The notes beneath the pieces are model-generated. The model did no database searches. It saw only the letters and a program-made list of their open reading frames with translations, and had not been told where the DNA came from. Source: a virus. Taken from it: a stretch of DNA of 64,000 nt. Position numbers and translations under genes: made by a program. The stretch is taken from IMG/VR virus record IMGVR_UViG_3300010373_000004, positions 19,777-83,776 of that record. One strand, 5' to 3'. Of the stretch, positions 9,493 to 18,994 are shown one piece after another; the stretch's first letter is position 1; every line of letters starts with the position of its first letter.

Positions 9493-11338
9493 GGTCAGGT
9501 CCTTCCATTCCTAATAATTCTGCATGTTGCATGCAGTAATCGCCATTTGAAATTTTCTTTTTACAATCTTTGTAATTACAATCATTTCCTAAGTCCATAG
9601 GGAACAAAGGCCAAGACTGCTGAGCATCTGAGTTAAAGTCTCTTGCATTCTTGGACTTTGTACTTCCCTTTCCGGACGTTACTTGTGATGTATTCTTATC
9701 TCTACCAGATGCAACCTCTCCAGTACCACCTTGCTTCTGTGAAACAAGATGTTCCCAATCAGGTTGTGCTTTTGCAGCTTTAGTACCAGTTACCTTCAAA
9801 GAAGCCTGGTCCTGTGTCTGCCAGCCATTATCTCTAATCATCTGGTGATTGCCAATCTCAACTCTATGAGCCTGCGCATCTTGTAATCGCTGAGTTGATC
9901 TAATAGCATCCCAAGAAGAAACAACGCGCAAATCATGATATCCAAGTAAGAAAGCATTTAATACAAGATGCTTCTTAATATGGTCAGATATTACATCACG
10001 ATATGCTTCTACATCATGAACATACATTTCAAACTGATTAGCAGTAAGTTCTGAATTACCGGTATCCTCTACGTCCATGAACTGAGGGATTTCTTTAAGT
10101 GCAGTAACAATTTCTCTTTTTACAGCACTTATAATTTTATCAATACCAGTAAGGTCTGCGCCTTTAACATCTTGCGTTACTTCAAGATAATCAGGATGAA
10201 CAAACGCATCCCTAGGCTGGAGAGCACCATATTGAGACTGAACTTCACTAATTCTGTCGTTTATGAATGACGCTAACTTAGCAGCACTATTCATTTCATT
10301 TGGTGAAATCTGTGCCATTAACTTCATTAAGATTTCAGACTTTAGACTAAAATCAGTGTGGCCCCATGCCTGGTTTTCAACAACCCTTTGAAGATCACGA
10401 AATAGTTGTGCCGCAAAGAAGATAACCTGTAAGGCAGGCCAAGCTGGAGAGCGGCCATACGGATCATCAATACCGGGATCAAAAGGGGTATATGCAAAAC
10501 TAGCAAGATTCATTTCCCTAAAAGGAAGTGTATTCATCTGGTGCATATCATGATACAGTTCTGGAAGATTCATTCCCCACAGATACTGTAACTGAAATGG
10601 TCTTGGAAACTGATTAGCATCCCGCTCAAAATAGATTGTATCAGGACAAACAGGAAAGATATTTCCAGTTCCCTTCAAATCTGGCATGATTTCAGAATCA
10701 TGACATGCAGCGCCCCAACAGAATATAGAAAACACCAACTGCTTTATAATCATGTTGATGCCACCATAGAAAGGATTGATTCTTGTTATACAATCATCAA
10801 TCATTCCTTGACCGCGTGGGTCCTCTGAACCATCTTTCTTAACAGCCTTGAAAGTTACTTTGGTTCCAACCATTCGTAACTTATTATTCAATGCCTTAGC
10901 AATTTCAGGAGAAACATCAGCTAAAACATTAAGTAATCCGCCTGGTGTCCAACCATAAGCGTTAAGGTCTTGAATATCAATTTGCTGAGGGTTTTTTTTC
11001 GGTATCCAAAAATAACCGTGTGTATAACCCGACGCAGCAGCAAATGGATTATAATTAGTAGGTTGTGATTGACGACCTACAGCAAGACCGAAACCTTGCG
11101 CTCCACGTAATGCTGTCCAAATTGATTCTGCTGTTGGTGACACAGGTAATTGAGCCATTTCCACTTTTTCAAGTGGAGGCGTCATTATCTTACCCGGTGA
11201 TGACTTTGGATGCCCAAAAGCATCTTTTGTCAGTTCACCAGAACCTTCTGATTGTGGCTTATTAAAACTGGAATTATCTGGCACCAGTCGCTTGTAAAGA
11301 GCATCCAGAACTGCTACATGAAATTTATCTAATTGCAT
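9479..11338 (-). CDS. Portal protein
   Basis: ~600 aa downstream of terminase; DDPYGRSP, F.WG.A..E and helical portal-like pattern; true start may be further downstream. Confidence 0.8.
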   Translation of the reverse strand: MQLDKFHVAVLDALYKRLVPDNSSFNKPQSEGSGELTKDAFGHPKSSPGKIMTPPLEKVEMAQLPVSPTAESIWTALRGAQGFGLAVGRQSQPTNYNPFAAASGYTHGYFWIPKKNPQQIDIQDLNAYGWTPGGLLNVLADVSPEIAKALNNKLRMVGTKVTFKAVKKDGSEDPRGQGMIDDCITRINPFYGGINMIIKQLVFSIFCWGAACHDSEIMPDLKGTGNIFPVCPDTIYFERDANQFPRPFQLQYLWGMNLPELYHDMHQMNTLPFREMNLASFAYTPFDPGIDDPYGRSPAWPALQVIFFAAQLFRDLQRVVENQAWGHTDFSLKSEILMKLMAQISPNEMNSAAKLASFINDRISEVQSQYGALQPRDAFVHPDYLEVTQDVKGADLTGIDKIISAVKREIVTALKEIPQFMDVEDTGNSELTANQFEMYVHDVEAYRDVISDHIKKHLVLNAFLLGYHDLRVVSSWDAIRSTQRLQDAQAHRVEIGNHQMIRDNGWQTQDQASLKVTGTKAAKAQPDWEHLVSQKQGGTGEVASGRDKNTSQVTSGKGSTKSKNARDFNSDAQQSWPLFPMDLGNDCNYKDCKKKISNGDYCMQHAELLGMEGPDHESS

Positions 11339-11631
11339 TATCTAAAGTAGTGATAGGTTCTACCTCGATTATTGCCTCGCATGCGTTCCATACCAACACC
11401 CATACGTGCCTGCCACTCTTGGACAGTTTCTCTTTGTTCTGATGACATTCCATCATCAGGGATACAACATTGTTCTAATTCTTCACGACCTATATGCGTG
11501 ATACCCACTGGAGAACTATTAACTCCATTTCCAATATCACGTAATTGGCCTGGAGCCTTACTTAATTCTTCCTGAGTGTATATAGGTTCTTTGTAGACCG
11601 CGTTAGGATCATACTCATTTGTTTCAGGCAT
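11338..11631 (-). CDS. Hypothetical protein
   Basis: 97 aa, GGAG RBS, coupled to portal. Confidence 0.55.
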   Translation of the reverse strand: MPETNEYDPNAVYKEPIYTQEELSKAPGQLRDIGNGVNSSPVGITHIGREELEQCCIPDDGMSSEQRETVQEWQARMGVGMERMRGNNRGRTYHYFR

Positions 11632-11648
11632 ACAATACTCCGTACCTA

Positions 11649-11858
11649 TTATACAGCCGCTTCTGGTTCTGCGCTACTCTTACGCTGATTATTGAACCAC
11701 TCAATGAAGTTATCATCAAATGTTAACTTTCCGCAAGACGCGCACAGAAATCCTCCGTAGGCTGGAAGGAAACGTATCTGATGATCTTGTAATAAACACT
11801 GTTCAAACCAACGCTTGTATAGGTATTGAAATTCTGGCTTAACCTGTGCAAAGTCCAT
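11649..11858 (-). CDS. Small Cys/His-rich hypothetical protein
   Basis: C....H...CASCG; paralogue-like to 11839..12021. Confidence 0.5.
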   Translation of the reverse strand: MDFAQVKPEFQYLYKRWFEQCLLQDHQIRFLPAYGGFLCASCGKLTFDDNFIEWFNNQRKSSAEPEAAV

Positions 11859-12021
11859 TCATTATATCCCAATCAGCTACTTCTCTACCACAAGAAACGC
11901 ACCGTGTGCTTTGAACATGTATATCTCTTATTACAGTATGATCGTCTCTGATACATGACCCAAACAGCAAAAACAATGCTGTAGCCCACCTATCATTAAA
12001 AGGAAGCATTTTAGATTCCAT
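11839..12021 (-). CDS. Small Cys/His-rich hypothetical protein
   Basis: C....H...CVSCG. Confidence 0.45.
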   Translation of the reverse strand: MESKMLPFNDRWATALFLLFGSCIRDDHTVIRDIHVQSTRCVSCGREVADWDIMNGLCTG

Positions 12022-12164
12022 ATACTTTTTCTATTCCTCTGACTCTAACTTTTGTAGAACCGCATTTACACTGCCATTGTTTCGGATGATATTCATCCTG
12101 GCTCCAGAAATTATGGCAGATAGCACAATACAGAGTGAAACACAAAAGAACCGCTTTTGGTTTC

Positions 12165-14138
12165 TTAGTACCCTGTAGGGCGGCTTTGAGTCGTTCCTTG
12201 TCTGTATTGTCCATAAAAACCACGTTGTTGTTGATTTCCTCTGATAACACCTAATCCTGGAAAGACTGGAGCAGATTTCTCCGGGGCCGCGCTTTTAACT
12301 CCAAAGAAAAGATCTTGAAGTGCAGTTTCTACCGGGATTGATGAATTATCAAGTCTAGTAGCTTTAGCCGCTACTAAAGCGTATGTTAATGAATGAGCAA
12401 AATGATCATCACCAGTATTTATGTATATAACTTTACCTGTTGGTACTTGCTTCTTTAATTGTCCATTTTGAAGCGTCTGGACGGAACCATCGTCTACAAT
12501 TCTAGTAAGCGCCATTAAGTGACGCGGAAACTGTCCGAACCCGCTGTCATCTTCCAAACCGCCAACTCTATGGATAGGGTAGGGCAAAACAATGTTTTTC
12601 TTAAATACATAGTCGAACATAAGCTCCAAGCATTCCGAACGGCCCATTGTAACTGAGTAGGTAAATTCTTTGGAAGATTCCAAATCATCTTCATCATAGA
12701 CGTATAGATTAGCACCTTTATTGGCCCAACCTGGAGCGTAGTGTCCAGCATAAATGCGATACGGAAATGCTTTACACAATTCCATTGTTTTACGATATTC
12801 TGGATGATTGTCAATTACGCCTCGTAGACAGTCGTATTTTTTGAATATAGGAGGTAGTTCTTCAAACTCCTTAGGACTACCAGCAAATAATAATACAGGT
12901 ACATCACGACCTCCGGTCATTTCGTATAGTGATGCATTATCTCTAGGATAACCAATCACTGTAACATGTAGAATGTTTTGTCCTACATCAACTCCCATGA
13001 AACAACGCTTCCAGTCACCATCATAGGCAGTATAAAATTGATTAAACACAGGTGAAGCATTATTGGCAGGTTGGCAGGCTTGTAAATGTTCAAGAGAACA
13101 CTGAACTCCTTGGGGAGCCCTAGGAAGTCCACAGACAGAATTATAGAATTCTTGTGTCGCAGCCTCACTTAATTTACCTTCTCTTTCTCTTTCTACTGTC
13201 TTAGCTATTGAATCAAACAACTCACCAGCAAGCCTGTTAGAGAATAGCTTAGGTAAGTGATAGCCTTCATGGTCCACGTTAGGACTAGATAATTCACGTT
13301 GATTAACCCAACGACCATTCCAAACATTACTGATATGAGCACAAGAAGGACACCCAACGTAATAGTCTTTACCACGATGAAAGTTCGTACCAATTTTTTC
13401 ATCAGCATAGTCTATTGTTAATTGTGATTGCTTAACGCCACTAAGCGGTCTAATCCAATCGTGGACCAGGGCCAAATCATGCTCATAGCCGCAACGTGAG
13501 CATTTAACCATCCAGGTTTTGTTGGTGCTCCGCTGAATGAGGGAATCAATCCCCCTATTTGGATATTTTGGTGTTGATCCGCCACGATAAAAAGGGTGCA
13601 GTGAGGACTGTGCTCTAATCTTACCAGCTTCGATGACGGTATCAGCCATTTCGTCAACTTCATCGAAAATAACAACATCAGCATCAACAGATATGACCTG
13701 GCGTCTATTTTGCGATCCTCGGAAGTATATAAATCCATCACCAACTTGTTTAATTTGAACATTTTGTTTTGTCTTTACTTTCTTTTGGTTTATAACCCTA
13801 TTAGCGGTTCGCTGGGCGAGATAAGGATTAGAAGATATCTCGGGATCAAGTCTGGCAATAGAATAGTCATTTAGCTGCTTTTCAGATGGGAAGTAATAAG
13901 CAACAACGCCTCTATCGCCCCATTTAACATCAGCAGCAAAAAATGCTAACGTAATGAGATATTCTGAGAAGAATAACTGAGCCGCTTTTTCAACATACAT
14001 TTCCATCGACTGGTCACGATAGATTGCTTTGTATGGTGGAATTATACTAAAAGGTTTCCCTTTAAGTGTTCTACGATTCAAAGACCAAGTATAAAGGTCT
14101 ATCTTCTCTAAGGGACTAAGTGGTCCTACAAGTGGCAT
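12165..14138 (-). CDS. terL: Terminase large subunit (GpA-like)
   Basis: KAAQLFFSE deviant Walker A, VIFDEVDE Walker B, GSTP coupling motif, Zn ribbon, MGVDVG and DDHFAHS nuclease motifs; start MPLVG at 14138 after GGAGG. Confidence 0.92.
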   Translation of the reverse strand: MPLVGPLSPLEKIDLYTWSLNRRTLKGKPFSIIPPYKAIYRDQSMEMYVEKAAQLFFSEYLITLAFFAADVKWGDRGVVAYYFPSEKQLNDYSIARLDPEISSNPYLAQRTANRVINQKKVKTKQNVQIKQVGDGFIYFRGSQNRRQVISVDADVVIFDEVDEMADTVIEAGKIRAQSSLHPFYRGGSTPKYPNRGIDSLIQRSTNKTWMVKCSRCGYEHDLALVHDWIRPLSGVKQSQLTIDYADEKIGTNFHRGKDYYVGCPSCAHISNVWNGRWVNQRELSSPNVDHEGYHLPKLFSNRLAGELFDSIAKTVEREREGKLSEAATQEFYNSVCGLPRAPQGVQCSLEHLQACQPANNASPVFNQFYTAYDGDWKRCFMGVDVGQNILHVTVIGYPRDNASLYEMTGGRDVPVLLFAGSPKEFEELPPIFKKYDCLRGVIDNHPEYRKTMELCKAFPYRIYAGHYAPGWANKGANLYVYDEDDLESSKEFTYSVTMGRSECLELMFDYVFKKNIVLPYPIHRVGGLEDDSGFGQFPRHLMALTRIVDDGSVQTLQNGQLKKQVPTGKVIYINTGDDHFAHSLTYALVAAKATRLDNSSIPVETALQDLFFGVKSAAPEKSAPVFPGLGVIRGNQQQRGFYGQYRQGTTQSRPTGY

Positions 14139-14514
14139 ATATGACCTCCATACATGTATGACCAGTAACAGGATCATACATAACTCCACAATTAAGGCAC
14201 TTTGTTAAACTTGTGCTAATGTAAGGAGCAGTAACAGTACACGAATGCGTTTGTCCATGAGGAACCCATGAACCACACAAGGAACACCTGTAACCAGTTA
14301 TATATACTGGAGCAGAAGGAACTGTCCACATATTTCTGTTTTGGTAAAGTGCGATTAAAATTTCAGCTAAATCATAATCTGCATCATTTAAATGCACTAA
14401 TTGAACATAATCTTCCTTATTCTTGTCGATTGGCTGGACGCCAAGCGCCGTAACGATGCTGGAGAGCATTAACTGATTTCTTTCTTTTCTATCAATCTTG
14501 AACATTGAACTCAC
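14116..14514 (-). CDS. Hypothetical zinc-finger protein
   Basis: Two CxxCG...H.C motifs. Confidence 0.55.
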   Translation of the reverse strand: MSSMFKIDRKERNQLMLSSIVTALGVQPIDKNKEDYVQLVHLNDADYDLAEILIALYQNRNMWTVPSAPVYITGYRCSLCGSWVPHGQTHSCTVTAPYISTSLTKCLNCGVMYDPVTGHTCMEVIYATCRTT

Positions 14515-15139
14515 CTTCTAGTGCCTCTATCTGTGCCAAACGATCTTCTGGATTGTTGGCCTGGTGGAATTTAGCTGTTACTTGTTGTTGTGAAGCTGTT
14601 ATAGATTCTAAATTAGCTTCACCTGGGCGAATCGCCTCAAATGGATTCGTTTTATCTGGAAGGATTCCTACTGACTGCATGTGCTTTAACTTCTTTTCCC
14701 TGATCTCGGCTCTACCTTTAATAGCCGATAGCTTGACAGCCGAACCCTTCCCTGCTTCCTCTATGAAATCCGTAAGTGCTTTTAAGTCCTCATCATACCC
14801 AAATACACCAGCACCAACTAAATGGTCTGGATTCATGTGGCGAACTGATAATTTTGTGGTTAATAATTCACCAATTGAACGTTCGTCATACTTGGGAAAG
14901 CGATTACATAGCTGGCGGACTGATGCTCCGGCTACATATAGCTCAACAATCTTATTTTCTATCTTTTCAAGTTCTACTGCATATTCTTCTTCGGGAGTCA
15001 TAACTTGAAGATGTGTTTCTTGTTGAGCCTCTAAAGGATCATCAATGTCATCTGCCTCTTGTAATAGGGCTTCCAGGTCATTTTCGGAGGACATACTGGC
15101 AGAATACCTGATTTTGTTGACAATTGCAAGAGGGTACAT
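14492..15139 (-). CDS. terS: Putative terminase small subunit
   Basis: HTH-like (IVELYVAGASVRQLC) plus helical oligomerisation region; first gene of the packaging operon; start may be MSSEND. Confidence 0.55.
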   Translation of the reverse strand: MYPLAIVNKIRYSASMSSENDLEALLQEADDIDDPLEAQQETHLQVMTPEEEYAVELEKIENKIVELYVAGASVRQLCNRFPKYDERSIGELLTTKLSVRHMNPDHLVGAGVFGYDEDLKALTDFIEEAGKGSAVKLSAIKGRAEIREKKLKHMQSVGILPDKTNPFEAIRPGEANLESITASQQQVTAKFHQANNPEDRLAQIEALEGEFNVQD

Positions 15140-15165
15140 ATACTGATTGCTCCGCGCCGCCAGGT

Positions 15166-15520
15166 AAGTCCTATTAGTATCACTGTAAAAGCTGTAATCT
15201 TGACAGGCATGGTATAATTAAAGGTGAGAGATACTAACATAAAGGGAAGTCCTATTGGTATTCTAGAAATGAAAAATATAAATTTCTGGTTAGAATCATG
15301 CTTTTCTGCAAAATCTAATAATATTATTTTCAGAAAGGGGAGAAAATTCTTTGCGACACCAGTCCCCTCGGATTGTGGACGGCGCTATTAGGGCGCGGTA
15401 ACATGGGGTCTTAGGTAATACTAACATTTGTTGTTAGGTCGGGATAAACCACGATGTTAGGGGATGCTAATAATTGCGGTGAGGGTACTAATAGATTGGA
15501 AGTTAGCGTCCTATTACCGA
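15166..15520. repeat. Clustered direct and inverted copies of a (GTC)CTATTAGTAT / ATACTAA(C/T)A motif
   Basis: aagtcctattagtat 15166, gatactaacat 15230, aagtcctattggtat 15247, aatactaacat 15417, ggtactaatag 15484, gtcctattac 15508. Confidence 0.6.
15200..15218 (+). promoter_or_regulatory. Extended -10 promoter-like site with TTGACA only 7 bp upstream
   Basis: TTGACA-ggcaTGg-TATAAT. Confidence 0.5.
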
Positions 15521-15632
15521 CCAGGACCTATTTCCTATATGTTTTGGCAGTCGCCTATCACGCGCGATACTTCCCCTGGCGGCAGGAACCGCCACGAAAA
15601 AACGCATGCCTAAAAGGCAGGAGGGACTATCA

Positions 15633-16451
15633 ATGGCCACTGATAACGAATCCACAAACAATGAGACGGAAAGCACGCAAAGGGAACGCGTATGCCCGGT
15701 GAACGTCTACAAGAAGGGCCTTATTAAACCGTTCATTATCGGCAACGGTTTCATTACCGTATGGCCCACTTTCACGGTTGAAACTGCCAAGGAACAAACC
15801 GCCGAGGATATCCTGTCTGAGCGTTTCGCGGGAAAGGTTGATGCGCTCAAAACGGCAGGGGCATATGACGCCATATTGGAAATGATCAAGGGTGAGATTG
15901 CGGCCAGGAAGAATAGCGGCAGCAATAAGCTTCCCGAATCCATCAATGGTGACGATCTGAGGGCATTTCCAGCAGTGCGTATCTACTCGGCACTCGGGCG
16001 ATATGACCTGTCTGTGATGGCAGTCAATTCGGTATCGCAGGATGACACCGAAACCCTTACCGAATTCGCCGAGCTAATCATCCGTCGCATGAACGGCAAG
16101 GTTGCCTCCTCCGATTTTGCGGTGATGTGGAAGATCGAAACCCTTGAAGCGATGATCAAGATCGCGGGATGCGCAAAGCTGACTGCCGTGGAAATGAGCC
16201 AGGATGACAAAAAGGCTCGGGATAAGGCTCGCAAGGAAAAGGCAGACAAGATGATTGCTGATTGCGGTTTCACGGCCGACCAATTGAAGATCGATGCGAT
16301 CAAGAAGATCGTTACCGATGCTTCCCGAGAGGGCGAATCCGGGCAAGCTTTCACGGTTGAGGGCAAGTGGGACAATGACAAGCTTTGGGCAGAGGTGATC
16401 AAAGCGAATCCCCGTACTGCTGGCGCCAAGGAACCTGCTAATCAACAGTAG
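15633..16451 (+). CDS. First early gene, hypothetical protein, GC-rich coding
   Basis: GGAGG RBS before ATG 15633; 272 aa; followed by a strong hairpin. Confidence 0.75.
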   Translation: MATDNESTNNETESTQRERVCPVNVYKKGLIKPFIIGNGFITVWPTFTVETAKEQTAEDILSERFAGKVDALKTAGAYDAILEMIKGEIAARKNSGSNKLPESINGDDLRAFPAVRIYSALGRYDLSVMAVNSVSQDDTETLTEFAELIIRRMNGKVASSDFAVMWKIETLEAMIKIAGCAKLTAVEMSQDDKKARDKARKEKADKMIADCGFTADQLKIDAIKKIVTDASREGESGQAFTVEGKWDNDKLWAEVIKANPRTAGAKEPANQQ

Positions 16452-16493
16452 GAACAGTCGAAACAGGGAGTGTCTGAGCAGACTTACTGATAC

Positions 16494-16541
16494 GCCGAAA
16501 CGTGCCCTCCCATCGGCAACGGTGGGAGGGTTTCGGCATTT
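16494..16541 (+). terminator. Stable hairpin / putative terminator
   Basis: gccgaaa..ccctccca-tcg-gcaa-cgg-tgggaggg-tttcggc followed by attt. Confidence 0.55.
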
Positions 16542-16922
16542 CTGAGACATGAAAGACCTGGAAATACTTTACTTTCTAAAGTATCAATGCCGGCACGGTC
16601 TGAATACCCTACCAGGGTATCCTATGACTGATGCCCTCGTTTCATGCATGGGAAGCACCATAAGCGAGAGCTATCATTCCTGCCATTTTGAGGGCCATAC
16701 AGGCGATTTTCGGCGACGTCCGATAACTGATGCGTTGAGGGCTAGAATCGCCCGTAGAATCGGCTCAAATCAGGTTTGTATTATTGTCAAGTGGAGCACG
16801 GCGGTCGCCTGGCCAGAAAAGCGACCGGCCTTCATAAATAACATCAATGTTTTGGATTGTGTTATCTATGTGGGCGCTCTAGTCCTAGTCCACTAAAATC
16901 AAAAACAGAAAGGGAAGTCCTA

Positions 16923-17156
16923 ATGTCACTCGATCAACAATTGGCCGCATTCAGAACAGACTGGAGCAATGTCAATCGCAAATTGTCATTTGCGCAAAGG
17001 GATGGCCGTAAGTCTAAGACGGCTGAATTGTCCTTGCGAAAGACAATCATCGAGAACATGATCGAAAAGATTAATCTCGATATCAACAAGTGCATCGCAT
17101 CTAGCGACCACTCCAAAGCTTTCTGCAACAATTGCGGGATGCAGGTCGAACGATGA
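16923..17156 (+). CDS. Hypothetical early protein
   Basis: AAGGGA RBS, ATGA overlap with the next gene. Confidence 0.6.
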   Translation: MSLDQQLAAFRTDWSNVNRKLSFAQRDGRKSKTAELSLRKTIIENMIEKINLDINKCIASSDHSKAFCNNCGMQVER

Positions 17157-17335
17157 TCAAAATCAACGTCAAAGAAGTCACAAGCATAGGTGTTTCCCAC
17201 AACATCATCACCGTCACTGAACAACAAGCCATTGTTTTAATCAAAGCTTTGGTCGATGTGATGACTGGTGGTGAGAATATGATGGGCTCTCATCTGCCTG
17301 GACGCGATTTCGAGGTTTCAGTAGAGCGCAAATAA
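17153..17335 (+). CDS. Hypothetical early protein
   Basis: Coupled ORF ending immediately before the hammerhead. Confidence 0.55.
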   Translation: MIKINVKEVTSIGVSHNIITVTEQQAIVLIKALVDVMTGGENMMGSHLPGRDFEVSVERK

Positions 17336-17336
17336 C

Positions 17337-17408
17337 GTCGAAATTACTGGTGGTAAATAGCCGCCAGTAATATAGTGGATTGACATTCCACTACTGATGA
17401 GACTGTCA
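17337..17408 (+). ncRNA. Type II hammerhead ribozyme with stem-I-loop pseudoknot
   Basis: gtc-GAAA-stem III (ttactggtgg/ccgccagtaa)-UA cleavage after 17372-stem I (tagtgga/tccacta)-CUGAUGA-gac; loop tgaca pairs with 3' tgtca. Confidence 0.92.
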
Positions 17409-17430
17409 CAATTTAGCAGAAAGGACAATC

Positions 17431-18753
17431 ATGGCAGGTAGAAAGTGCGCTGAATGCGGTGGGCCGGGTCATAACTCGGCTACTTGCGGACAGTATGCAC
17501 ATTACAAATGTCCAGAATGTGGGCTTACATTTAGTAAATGGCCCGCTCCTAGGTGGCGCGCAGAGGCGTACTGCAAAGGTGACGAAGTAAATCCACACAA
17601 TGAAACAGAGGTTGTGGAATTCGACGGCCGCCCAACACCGAGCGCACGACCTACTAGCAATAGTGGATTCGACCTTGATAAATTAGTCGAGCAAATATCC
17701 ACTGCTGTAGTCGCCGCCAGTGGTTTGTCAAATGTTGAATATGACAAGCTACATAACTGGATCAAAGAAGAAGCGGATTCAAGACTGGAAGCGTATGATA
17801 CGCAGCATATCCAGCTTGTTAATGAACTGCGAGAGTTTACAAACACTCTCAATGATCTCCGCAACAAAGTAGCGGCTACACAAACTCACACCCACACTTT
17901 GCAACTGGCAGAGAATAAGGGTGAGTATAAGTTCGCTACTAATGAGGCGCCCTCTGCAATCTTGCAGGATTTGGTGAAGTATTACAAGATTCGCCAGCTT
18001 GCGATGATTTGGGGACCGTCGGGCAGTGGTAAATCATTCGCCGTCGAACAAGCCTACAAAGTAATTAAGGCTCAGTTCGGATTCAGTGATGATGAATTCA
18101 TCTTTGTACCACTGTCAATGACTCTTGGCATTAATGAGGCTGACCTTTATGGTCGCATGTTGCCGGATGGCTCATTTGTTGAGTCTAAGCTTTGTGTGGC
18201 CTATGAGAAAGGTGGGCTGGTGCTGTGGGATGAAATGGACGGTGCCGACCAAAACTTGTTACTTGTCATTAATAGGATTGTGGAGTATGACGATTTCTAC
18301 AACCCAAAGAACGGCAAGACTTACAAGAGACACAAAAACTTCCATTCATTTGCTGCAACCAACACAAACGGTCGTGGACCGACAGCAGCATACAATAGCC
18401 GCAATCGGCTAGATATGGCAACACTTACACGGTTCAACCAAGCTGTGTATCTCTCTTACAATGAAGATGTGGAGAGGGCCATTCTTTCCGATGAAACATT
18501 GCTGAATGTGGCATGGAAGATCAGAGAATATCTGATGAATAACAATGCACAGGAAGTAATGTCAACCCGACATATCCGGGATATCGCTAAAGGTCTGGCA
18601 GAATTCGATGCTAAGACTCTTTTTGAACGCATGATTTCTACGTGGGCTCCTAATCTGCGCGAGGGCATCGTGCGCCTGCCAGAGTGGGGATATCTCGCTG
18701 CATATAAGGCTAATGTAAATCTGGATTTTCTCTATGAAGAAGTCGAGAACTAG
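17431..18753 (+). CDS. MoxR/CobS-type AAA+ ATPase with N-terminal zinc fingers
   Basis: GPSGSGKS, LWDEMD, AATNT.G.G, RNRLDMATLTRF, MSTR; N-terminal CAECG..GH..TC and CPECG. Confidence 0.88.
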   Translation: MAGRKCAECGGPGHNSATCGQYAHYKCPECGLTFSKWPAPRWRAEAYCKGDEVNPHNETEVVEFDGRPTPSARPTSNSGFDLDKLVEQISTAVVAASGLSNVEYDKLHNWIKEEADSRLEAYDTQHIQLVNELREFTNTLNDLRNKVAATQTHTHTLQLAENKGEYKFATNEAPSAILQDLVKYYKIRQLAMIWGPSGSGKSFAVEQAYKVIKAQFGFSDDEFIFVPLSMTLGINEADLYGRMLPDGSFVESKLCVAYEKGGLVLWDEMDGADQNLLLVINRIVEYDDFYNPKNGKTYKRHKNFHSFAATNTNGRGPTAAYNSRNRLDMATLTRFNQAVYLSYNEDVERAILSDETLLNVAWKIREYLMNNNAQEVMSTRHIRDIAKGLAEFDAKTLFERMISTWAPNLREGIVRLPEWGYLAAYKANVNLDFLYEEVEN

Positions 18754-18994
18754 ATTTACCTGCCTCGATTGTGGCGTGGACACAAGCAGGATCGGGGAGT
18801 ATTATATGCTCTCCGATTCTACTTGGAGTCTAATACACAATAGCAATAAAGGCATGTTGTGTATTGGCTGCGCTGAAAATCGTTTAGGTCGCAAGCTGGT
18901 AGCATCCGACTTCCATGTTTGTACTCTCAACGATTTTCACCATAGCTGTTATATGCGTTCACAAAGATTAGTTGATAGGATGACTAATGGCTGA
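18734..18994 (+). CDS. Cys-rich phage protein
   Basis: CLDCG.DT...EYYM....W....LCIGC.E.RLGRKL pattern, common in phages. Confidence 0.65.
   Translation: MKKSRTRFTCLDCGVDTSRIGEYYMLSDSTWSLIHNSNKGMLCIGCAENRLGRKLVASDFHVCTLNDFHHSCYMRSQRLVDRMTNG

Noticed and set aside
16456-16500. Hammerhead-like words (agtc-GAAA-ca...tgtc, CTGAGCA-gact, CTGATAC)
   Set aside because: The core does not match CUGANGA and no register gives all three stems; at best a decayed ribozyme
14505-17867. Long antisense ORFs (14505..15008 +, 15983..16429 -, 16074..16550 -, 17502..17867 -)
   Set aside because: Shadows of real genes on the opposite strand; no RBS or motifs
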